This document shows, one piece after another, positions 53,703 to 64,000 of a DNA stretch of 64,000 nt. A model generated the notes under the pieces. That model did not search any database. It was given only the letters and a program-made list of their open reading frames with translations, and was not told the DNA's origin. The position numbers and the translations under genes are program-made. The DNA is from Schmidtea nova. Its lineage: Eukaryota. The DNA is taken from NCBI GenBank assembly GCA_044892505.1, contig CM097884.1, positions 29,202,001-29,266,000 on the forward strand. Reading direction: 5' to 3'. How positions within the stretch are numbered: position 1 is the first letter of the stretch; every line of letters begins with the position of its first letter.

Positions 53703-54691
53703 GGATCAGGTAAATCTTTGTTCCCAAAATAAATCAAATAAATCTTGGAATAAAAGAAGAAATAACAATTTTTATTTTAAAACAAATAACTAACAAAATT
53801 TTAATTAATTCGAGTATTTTTTGAGATCGAGGCACTTTATTGTTCCATTTCCAATTGAATTCTTTCAAAAAGAAAGGTCTTAATTCAGTTTTAATACCAT
53901 TACGTCTTTTGATTTCGAGCTTTAGCTCATTGTTGAATGCCTCTACTGCCTGAGTATTAACCCCGTTTTCTTTATTCACAAAAACGAACTTGTGACACAC
54001 TGTTCCGTGCCAAAACCCATGCAAAATCAAAGAGTAAGACTTATGCTCGTCCATCCATATTATAGTGCCATTGATGACGTTGTCGCATATTATAGGAATT
54101 ATAGTGGACGCTGCTTTGTTTGGTATGATAGTAGACACTATACATAAAGCGTCAGTACGATTTGCAGTTGACCTTCCTCGGTGGCTCTTACATTTGTAAT
54201 TTAGCATGGTTTCAACAACCTACACTAACTTACTCGAGCCACCGAGTTTGTCTTCTTTAAAGTCATGAGGGCCGCTACCATTTATAAACTTTTTGATAAT
54301 TCTTTTTACCGTTTGTTTTCTCAATCCTAGGTTTCTTGAAATGGCCGTTAAGGGCATATTTTCTGCCCAACGTATTAAAACTTTGAATACATATTCAAAT
54401 GTAATATTGATATTTTGGAAAAAACTTGATTCTCGTATGGACTTCCTTGTTTTCTTGGTTATACAAGCATTTGTTTTGCATCTCCAAATAAAACCATCTG
54501 TAGGATTTTTAAACTTGTCTAATACCATATAGGCATTGCATCCATCACAAAACATTTCTCTTTTTAAAAATCTCTCTGGCATAAGCCGCTCCATCAATTC
54601 TTCTTGTGTCATTTTAATAATCTTTATAATCTTTATTATTAATTATCAGGTAAATGTTTTTTTCCAATGGGAAAAAACATTTACTTGATCC
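53703..54691 (-). mobile_element. Merlin (IS1016/IS1595-like) DNA transposon with a disrupted transposase
   Basis: 23-bp TIRs GGATCAGGTAAATCTTTGTTCCC / GGATCAAGTAAATGTTTTTTCCC; Zn ribbon (FCDGC...WRC); HRGR, GTIIWMDEHKSY, HGTVCH..FV...GVNTQAVE motifs. Confidence 0.85.
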
Positions 54692-56256
54692 AAACTTTCC
54701 TAAAAGAATTTGGCATATTCGTGGAAGTATGCAAGTGGAAACCCGAAACGACAACAAGCAGAATTCAGCTGTACTTAAAAGACAGCGCATTGGACTTATA
54801 TTTGGAAGCGAAAAATGGAACCACCCTACCTAAGGATTGGCCGGAGATAAAGAATTTTTTCCAACAAACGTTCGGGATAAATAAAGTATTGAATGAAGCA
54901 TTCGCAGAATTCTCAATAAGGAAACAAAAAATAAACGAATCAAATGCAGTATATGCGAGCGAGTTAAAAAAGTTGGCAAAATTGGCGTTTAATCAAAATA
55001 ATTCAATAAGCGACGAGTTAATGGTAGCCATCTTCGTAGGAGGGCTAAGAAGACCAGACATAAGAGCACAAGTTGGATGTCAAGGATGTAAAAACATAGA
55101 TCAAGCATTGGAAACAGCAAATAGATTTGAATTATATATGGTGGGAAACGATGGCAGAATTTACTTAGCCATGGATACAACACAAAATGAACCAGAAATA
55201 AATTTAAATAACCATATTCCAAATTCACAACAATTAAACCGACCACCACCTCAACGGAGAAATGAAGGGAACAAAGTACAAAATTTCGGAAATCAAAACA
55301 ATTACAACACCCAAGGACAAACAAAACAATGTAAAACATGTAGGAAGTTAGGACACTGGCAACAAGAGTGTTTCCAGAACTTAAAATGCAAAAAGTGCGG
55401 AATAAAAGGACATTCAGAGAGTAGATGTTATATAAAATCATGTTTTAACTGTGGACAACCTGGCCACATATCAAGAGACTGCAGACAAAGAAGCAATAAA
55501 CAAGGAAACTGGCAGAATAATAGAAACCGACAAAATTTTGGAAATCAACCAAACAATGGAAATCGACAAGATTACGGGAACCAACAAAATAACAATAACC
55601 AAAATAAAAACACCACCAAAGAAATACACTTAATGCAAGAAGTCCAAAGATTGACGGAACTTATAAACAATACGACAAGAGGAAATCCGGAAACAGGCCA
55701 ACAACAAATCAACATGATGAGAAAGGTAGAAAGTAAAAATGAACGGCTAAATCGATAAAGCCAATCACGATATGCTCAAGAATGGGCAAGAATACAAAGA
55801 GAATACGAATAAAAACAGCAAGAAAGAGAACAACAACCACTAAGAATTAATATGATGAGAGCAGCGAATCAAACAGGAAACAACGAGAAAGATATCAAGG
55901 AGAAACAAATCCAATAAACCCAAATCTAGTAAATGACGAAAGTCAAAGAGAAATAGTACAAGAAAACGGAGAAGTCAGTAAACAGAGATGCATGCTAGTC
56001 GTAATGCCAAATGACGATGTATATCGATTTAATTTCGAACCAACAGAAAAAATAGAGGAATTGTTAAATAAAATAGATGAAATAATTCCCGCAGAAACGG
56101 CAAACAAGCGAGAAGCATTCTGGAAAACTGGAGATAAAGAGGAAATGAAATTAAAACCAACTGACATATGGGAAGATCTAGGAATATCAATGAGCAAAAT
56201 AAATTTCACCTTTATACGAGAGGTAGAGAAAAACAAAGATGAAGAGAAACAAAAAT
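54692..56256 (+). pseudogene. Gag remnant of element C with three CCHC knuckles and a downstream UBL-like segment
   Basis: QTFLKEFGIFVEVCKW...; three knuckles; then stops and frameshifts; MLVVMPNDDVYRFNFEPTEKIEELLNKIDEII..WEDLGI resembles B's UBL2. Confidence 0.85.
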
Positions 56257-56340
56257 CAGTATTCTATGTACTAACTCTTTTCTTCCCTTTTTTCCCTTTT
56301 CTTCATCTTTTTCTTCATAAAGCCACATGTTTTTTAAACA

Positions 56341-56516
56341 TTATAGTAAGTGGGCGATTTCGCTTACTTCCTCTTTAAGAGTTAATTTTTGATGTTTGTC
56401 TCTAATGAGAACAGCTTCTTTAAGTCTGAGATTTTTTTCGTCATTTTCGCTTGTCAATATTCTCACTGATATTAATTTTTCTTTATTTGCTGTCTGACAT
56501 TGTTGAAGATGCCTAT
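56341..56516 (-). pseudogene. Penelope-like GIY-YIG endonuclease C-terminal fragment
   Basis: RHLQQC...VRILTSENDEKNLRLKEAVLIRDKHQKLTLKEE matches the PLE C-terminal pattern (IL..E....R...EA..I...P.LN); interrupted by LTR D. Confidence 0.55.
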
Positions 56517-58523
56517 TGTTGGGCCAAAACTGCAAATTGTTCAAATGAAGCGATAACATCACTGTAGAGAGCGCACAAGATTCTATTTTTACCAAAACAT
56601 CATTTAAAACCGAAGTGGTTAAGTGAAAACACGCCAAAAATTAAAGTGGACAAAAGTGCATTAACCAGTAGAGAAGGCGCAAGCTTTTAATTTACAAGTC
56701 CTTAAACCAAAACACCAAGCAAAACTAAAGTGGTTAAAAGAAGAACGTTTAAAAAGCTAGAATAGACAGAAAACCCATTGGATATGCACGTGAAGAACGC
56801 ATTTAAGTTATAAAACCTCAGTTGTCGAAATTTAGCATGCTTTTAGAAGGAAAGTTACGATTTTATCTTAAAAATTTGTAAAAATATAAAAGGAAAACAA
56901 TTTTGACCAAATTACAACAAATTAAATCAAATTAGAATAAACTTTAATCCAAAAGTAAAATTTTGGATTGAAAATAAATTATTTAAAGTTTTATGAAAAT
57001 TTTATGAAAAAATATTAACTTAATTTTGCGGAAAATTGTTGGAATTAATTTAGAGAAAATTAGAAACTCCTTCTAGAACAATTTGTTTTAATACATCAAT
57101 GAAGGTAACACATCGAAGGAGGTATATATACCGCCATCAAAATCGCAAGAATCAGAATTTTGCGGAAAATTTTGCCAACAACCTGTTTTAAAACTCTATT
57201 AGAAGATTTTAGACGATTTCAAGTTTAGAAGATTTTTGCAATCCTTCAAAGATTTGCCGAAAACTTATTTTAAACTCCACTAGAAGATTTCAGACGATTT
57301 CTAGTTTAGAAATTTTTCACAACATCCATAGGAGGAGAGATCAGAATTTTCAAGAAGACTCCTGATTTTATTTAGAAGACAATCAATTCGTTAGAGGATG
57401 TAAGAATATTTTTCTTATTTAGTGCGGAGTCATCGAAAAGTCATGCCCATTCAATCACCTCTTACCCAGTAATTTTTTTTATTTATCATTCGATATATGA
57501 TTATTGATTTATTATTATTGTTATACATATTTAAATTTTATGAAAATATTAATTTTATATTCATCTTTTGATTATTATAATTTTGAAGAATTTCCTTTTC
57601 GACACTGTCACAGATTTCCATTATGGACACAAAAATTTCATTTATAGATTATTTATTAGATAAATATGAAACATTTTTTTACGCTCCCAGACAATCTGAC
57701 ATCCGTCCGGCTTTGTGCTGTACGGATGGAAGTAGCCTGGATGGATCGCTATTCGATTCGTAATCGGCCAGTCCATTTTTCCGCCTCAAGGTTAATCCCA
57801 AACATCCATGCTCACTTCATCCCAACTGGGGAACAGTGGCTTGGCCAAGGGCAAGAGTGTTCATACTAATGATTTTAGTTATAATATTGTAGTGTATCTG
57901 AATTATATTATATAAGATAAAAATGAAAGACAAAAATGATAGCTTGATAAAACATGTCGTTACTCCATCCAACAATCATCTTTAATCTAACAGGATCAAT
58001 TTTGATAAAAAGTTCCAACTCGTTATACGCCTTCACTCTCACAACAATTGTCATCTTATCAGAATCTACAAGTCAAATAAAAGTCGATACTATAAAAATC
58101 GTTCAAAATAATGCTCAAAACTGATAAAACATTTGCAAAGAAATGAAATATGAGAACAAGTATTGATTTATTTGAATTAAATCTCATTTAATTCAGAATC
58201 ATCTATAATAATTTACTCCAGTGAACATTAATTTCGGGAATCTGAAGTTCTCGAGTAGAGTGTCTTGAAAAATTCGCGAGCACTTTGCTCGGGAGATTCA
58301 CGTTCGAACGAAATTAAAATTAATCACGTTTGATATCGAAAAAACATGATCGAATTGATTTTGAAGAATAATTAAATAAAAATCCTAAATCTGAAATTGC
58401 TATAATTTTGTAAAACTTACAATTTCAGATTACAATTTCAGAATTTTATTAGAAATTTGGTACCATCTTATATAATTTGGATTTATTTTATTTCGTTTAA
58501 AAATTTTTTTAGACTATTATATA
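56517..58523 (+). mobile_element. LTR D (diverged B family), interrupted by LTR E; probably resumes at 63734
   Basis: Starts TGTTGGGCCAAAAC; shares the TATA/YY1-like block, the GC-rich block (57696-57860) and downstream blocks with B and E. Confidence 0.8.
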
Positions 58524-61500
58524 TGTTGGGCCAAAACGCAATTTGTTTTAATAAAGCGATAACCCCATAGGTAGAGAACGCGCAAGATTCCATTTTTAAC
58601 CCTAGCATCCATTAAAAATCCAACAATTAAGTGGAAAACACCAAAAGGTGAAGTGGAATCAAAACTTATCAACCAGTAGAGTACGCGCTAGCTGCGAGTT
58701 TGTAAGTCTTTTCACTGAAATCTCGAGAAAAATAAAAGCAGAACGTTTGGAAGTTAGAATAAGCGGAAAACCCATTGAAAATGCTCATAAAGAACAGAAT
58801 TTTGTCATAAACCTTCAAGTGCAGAAAAATTAACACAATTCTAGAGGAAAATTGTGAATTTATCACAAAATTTCACATTTAACAATAGAAAGAATTAATA
58901 TGGATCGAAATATCATAAATTAAATCAAATCGAACAAATTTCGATTCAAACATAAAAATTTTGAATTAAAATAAATTATTTATGGTTTAATAAAAATTAT
59001 TATATAAAAATATGGATTTAATTTTCGGAAAATCATCAGAATTAATTTAGAAAAAATTAAGAGAAAATTCTAGAACAATTTGTTTTATTGCACTAGTGAA
59101 GATAGCGAAAAATGGATGGTATATATACCGCCATCAAAATGGAACTTAGCAGAATTTGTGAGAATTTTATCGAAAAATTTTTTTTATTTATTCCAACAGA
59201 ATTTGTAGAAAAATTTGAGATTTCGTGAAAAAATCCGATTTAAAAAAATTTTTTTTTCCTACTCCAGACGACAGCTTAATTGAAGAGAATTTAATTTACG
59301 ACAACTTAATTGAAGAGAATTTGTGAAAAAACTCTGTTGAAAAACTTCTAGCTAAGAAGAATTTGTTACTTTCCGAGAAAATTTTGAGGACCTCAGAGAA
59401 TTCCAAATCCAATTTAGAAGAATTTGTTAATTTCCAAAACTTGTGAGGAAACGTAAGGAGTAATTGCTTTTTAATATTATATAATATAATTTATATTTAT
59501 TTTTATTGGGGATTGGAATGGTCGTCCATCATGCCTGACGATCATCCCACTCCTCGTTCTTTGATAATTTGTTATTTATTATTTTATGGATTTATATATT
59601 GTTATTATGAAATTATTAAAATATTAATTCTTGTTAAAATTTTTCTTGTTATTATTATCATAATAAGACATAAATTCCCTACCTAATGATTAGTTTACAA
59701 GCAGTTATTTGAATAAAATTATCAAAAATAAGTAAAGAAATTTCTTTTTCTCCCATATCTTCTGACGATCCGTCCAGCATTGCGTTGTGCGGATCTGTTA
59801 GTAGCCTGGGTGGATCGTTGTCTGATTTGTAATCGGCCAGCCCATATTTCCACTTTAAGGTGAGGCTCATACATCCATAATCACGTCATCCCAACTGGGG
59901 AATCGTGGTATGGCCAAGAGCAAGGATTTGTTATACTAATGATCGTTATTATAATAGAGTAGTATATTATTATTATTTTACATAAACAATTTCGTAATAT
60001 AACACAACATTTTCTAACTCATGTCTTGAAATCTAAAATAGAAAATATCACTGATTAAAAATAAACTTGTACTCACCTTCACCTTCACACTCTCAACAAC
60101 GATCATCTCAGGCGAAAAACGCAAGAAAAATGGAAGAAAATGACGAAAAGAAAATCGTTCGAAATAATGCTCAAGGCTAGAATAATGCTCACGAAATAAA
60201 ACGAATTGTGAAACAAGTATTGATTTGATCTGAATTAAACTCATTATGGTCTAAATAAGTTTTTCCTGTGAATCTTGTTTTCGAGAGCCTGAAGTTCCTA
60301 AGTGAAGTGCCCCGAAAATTCGCGCGCACTTTGGTTGGGAAATTCATGCTCAACAAAACCGAAATTCATTTTGCTCGATATCGAAAAATATTCTTGAAGA
60401 ATTTATAATTTATGATTTATATTTTTTATTCAGTGTATAAAACTTTTTAGGTTGAATGTTTATTTGGATTTCGAAATTTATGGATAAAAATTTTATTATT
60501 ATTTCATTTTGATCAAGAATAAAAATTTGCTTTTTATTATACTGCAAAAATTTTAAAATGAAAAAATTGTAAACCAAAAATTTTCCTAATATTGTTATTA
60601 TATAAAAGATTTTATCATTTCGTAAAATTCCAGAGAATTTGCAAATCAAAAGTTATATTAAACCCCATAAAAATTATAGATTGAAATTTTATTATTATAT
60701 TAATAATTTTTATCATTTCATAAAAATCTGAATTCGAAATTTTATAGAAAAATTTTATGATTAATAGATCTATTCTTAAAATATAAAAATTCAAATTCAA
60801 AAACCTATATTATAAAAATTATAAATTTTATCATTATTTAATTTTTCATAAAATTATAAATTAGAACTCCATAAAACTATTGTAAAAATTATTATTATTA
60901 TTTTGATTTAAAAATTATTATTATTAATTTAATTTTAGAAATATTTATATAATTTACATTATAACGACCCCCACGATATCTAAAAACCATAATGCATCCC
61001 TAATTGCAAAAAATTACACCCTTTTCATTCAATAGCATCATCCATACTAATTCACAAGCAACATACATATAAAATACAATAGACACACCTACACCGTATC
61101 ATTCAATAACATTCAACAATCATATACACACAAGCAAACCATACCGAAAAATCTACACAGTTATGTAGTTAGCATCGAATCTCGCATATACAATCACACG
61201 ATGATACATGTAAACTTATACATTCAAATTATCATATTAAGTCTCACCCATCCATTCGTAAAGTACAAAAATTCCATAAGTCAGTAATATATATCAACCA
61301 AGTACAATTATCATGCACCTATAAAGCCTTAAGATTCCGATTCCCCGAAAATATAATCCTCATTTATAATAAACGAAGAATTTAACGTTCTCTAAAAGTT
61401 TTATCTCTTATCGTCGATTTGAAATCGTTTCCCGGAATTGTTATGTTAATGTGGATCTCGTACGGTGATCTGATCACGTCTATATTAATGTCATCAACTT

Positions 61501-63733
61501 CATTTATACCACAATACGTGAATCTCGGGTTCGCGAATGAGGATAGACCCCACTCTGGATCGATGAAATTTCACACTTCCGATCATAAAATTGTATTTTT
61601 AAATTTTGTATAAAATTTCAATATTACGGAGAACATAAATAAATTAAGGTAAGATTTCCTAAGTTTTATTATTATTACATCATAGAAGTCATAATAAGAA
61701 AAAATTTTCTAGAGAAAATTCATAGAATCTTTATTTCTACTTACAAAATGACAATTAATTACATTCCAAAGAACTATTTGTGGAAATAGTTCAGATATCG
61801 TGGCAACATTTCTTCTGAAAATTTCAAATTTCGAGGCGAGTTCCACGAGAGAATCGATAAATTCTGAAGTTTTAATGTAAAAATTAGTAATTTAATCTTA
61901 TCCCACTTACGAGTTCACTGGTCGAACGGCTCATACCGATAGCTTCTTTGAATGGTTAACATCGGAAACTAGTATCTAAATTAGGAATGAAATATCATAA
62001 AGGAGTAAATACAAATCAACTTACCGCTAAATCCAATTGAGATCAGGGGGAATCCTATTCTAAAAATAGAAAAATAATCAATAATTATAATATACAAAAT
62101 CAAATTCGTATACTATAAATTAACCAATAGGAATCCACCAATTTTGCTTACTTGTTTATATAGTTTTCTTCTTTTACGGGGGAACAGCCTTGTGTTTAGG
62201 GGTGTCCGGACTAGATTTGAATTTTCTAAAATAAAATTTAATTTAGAATCTGAAAATATAGGGAATATCTAAAATTAATGGGTAATAATTAGATTGAATC
62301 TACTTAATATCTAGGCAGTTTATATTGATACCGTTGCTAATGCCTCGGCAAATTTTGGAAAATTAAATAAAAATTAAAATTTAGAAAAATTATAATTATG
62401 TTTCTGCAAGATAGACATTAGGGATAAGGAATAAGTGAGATATTGTTAAATTTATCGACACGGAAAAATACAAATTTAAAAAATCTTGAAACTAATAATA
62501 AAGTTTAGTTAAAAATCATTAAAAATCAAATATCTTGAGTAGATGTGTTGATAAAAGGTTTTCCCTTTTGATTTCCCGAGTTGAGGCTCGATGGGCGTAC
62601 CCATGGAAGATTCATAGTCAAATATGTGTTTTATAAAGTTTTTATGAATAACGTTATATGTTAAAATGGTTGTGCAGTAGCTACGTTCGACATGTACTAA
62701 ATGCTTGCATAATTTTAGAAAATGAACCCAATACAACAGCTCGAGGAGATCCGTGCGTTATTACTGGAAAACGCAAAACACAACAAAAAGGTCGACGCAC
62801 GGCTGGCCGAACTAGAAGCCAAAGGTGCATCCAACTCAGACGCACTCCAGATAATGACCGGCCGAATGGAAAAATTCCGGGCCCGCTGTCGCGAAATGGA
62901 GGCGACATGGTCCGATAAGGAGACAGTAGACCGGCTGAAGAAGCAGAATCAGCTGCTAATGCAACAGGCCGCCGAGGACGCAATGCGATTGCGGGCGTGT
63001 CGGGTTTCTATGCGAGAACAGGAACTCGTGAACCAGAAATTACAGGTAGATAGTGGCATCATAGCGGCCATACTACCGAAACCTCAACTTCCACCTCAAG
63101 AACTATTTCCGGTGAGGGTGGAGGAGGAAATTGCAGCAGCCGCGGCTCCAACCAAGCCGAAACGATGGAGGCCCAGTAAAGGAACAAGGGCCAGAAACAA
63201 GCGCCGGCAAGAAGCACGAATACTAGGACAATTGAGGGTCGAGGCCTCGAAAATCGGCGACTTAACTATTGACCTGACTCATGCACATTTTTGAGTGATT
63301 TTTGTAATAAATGTCGTTATTTCTATGCTATAATTATAAGTTTTCCATTAGTTTTCTTTTGTGTGATTGAATGGGGATAAAGATAAAAATAAAAACACTC
63401 AAATGCATTGATTAATTAATAAATAAATCACAGTCTCCGAAGATATTCAAATGAAAATCTCGAATGAAGAATCTACAGTGATAGAGCAGATAAATTAAGG
63501 GGACAAAATAGGCAAGAAACCTTCTATCGGTAGCCCTTGGACCCAGGAGATATTCGGTCAATCATAGTTTCGTATTGACGACGCTCACTGATTGCGAATA
63601 CCCACCCACTTGTTACAGTACCAACGTTACATAGTGACGGGTAACAAGATGGTTATTTCAATGTTTTATGTGTTGAGTTGTTGATGAGAGCCATAGAAAC
63701 GTCAAGGTCATATTGACGGTCAACAACCCACCA
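58524..63733 (+). mobile_element. Solo LTR E (5210 bp), long variant of the B family
   Basis: TGTTGGGCCAAAACGC...GGTCAACAACCCACCA, flanked by TATA on both sides (inside TATATA); no PBS follows. Confidence 0.92.
62722..63294 (+). CDS. LTR-encoded 190-aa coiled-coil protein with an Arg/Lys-rich C-terminal motif
   Basis: Intact ORF forming a GC-rich island in an AT-rich LTR; heptad-rich N-half; KPKRWRPSKGTRARNKRRQ. Confidence 0.75.
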   Translation: MNPIQQLEEIRALLLENAKHNKKVDARLAELEAKGASNSDALQIMTGRMEKFRARCREMEATWSDKETVDRLKKQNQLLMQQAAEDAMRLRACRVSMREQELVNQKLQVDSGIIAAILPKPQLPPQELFPVRVEEEIAAAAAPTKPKRWRPSKGTRARNKRRQEARILGQLRVEASKIGDLTIDLTHAHF

Positions 63734-64000
63734 TATATAACATTTTGTAAAATTCAGAATTATATAAAACTTCAAACTCAAATGTATGTAAATATCTTAT
63801 GATCTACTTCGAGAATAATAAAATCGAAAAATTCGACCATTATGCTAAATTAAAAAAATTTCTAATTTGTTCACTCTAGGAAAATTTTAAATATAAAAGT
63901 AGATTTATTATTTTATATAACCATAAAAAACCAGTTTATGAAAATATTACCTTATAAAATTTCTAATAATAAAATCTGGTAAATGTTATAAATATAAAAG
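63734..64000 (+). mobile_element. Probable continuation of LTR D
   Basis: Follows the TATA TSD; AT-rich sequence resembling the corresponding part of E (~60540-60800). Confidence 0.45.

Noticed and set aside
59530-59800. Hammerhead ribozyme at CTGACGA motifs
   Set aside because: No GAAA after stem II and no closing stems.

Overview
AT-rich eukaryotic DNA, plausibly from a flatworm/planarian-like invertebrate (inferred, not verifiable here), made entirely of nested transposable elements. No host gene is supported. The centrepiece is a young giant Ty3/Gypsy LTR element ('B', 1692-44464, minus strand, 3.8-kb near-identical LTRs, 4-bp TSD AATG, tRNA-Pro PBS; ~29.6 kb once the nested insert is removed). 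Its coding region is one ~4,890-aa polyprotein broken by only two slippage-type indels: Gag (3 CCHC) - coiled coil - UBL - Bcl-2-like - UBL - TRAF-type MATH - UBL - Bcl-2-like - signal peptide + chuvirus-like class III glycoprotein + TM - PR - RT - RNase H - IN - ankyrins - signal peptide + 4 FN3-like domains + TM. A recurring I/V-[NCAS]-x-[ML] motif marks many domain boundaries and is a probable protease site. A gag-only non-autonomous relative ('A', 27210-40385, TSD ATGG) sits in B's leader. B itself appears to sit in a decayed piggyBac that also holds an intact hAT. The right third holds further LTRs of the same superfamily, two of which carry a ~190-aa coiled-coil/Arg-rich ORF inside the LTR, plus a Merlin transposon and a Penelope GIY-YIG fragment. 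The size and single-ORF layout recall the giant 'Burro' Gypsy elements reported from Schmidtea mediterranea (from memory; I cannot check which cargo domains were already described). N runs look like hard-masked low-complexity DNA rather than gaps.
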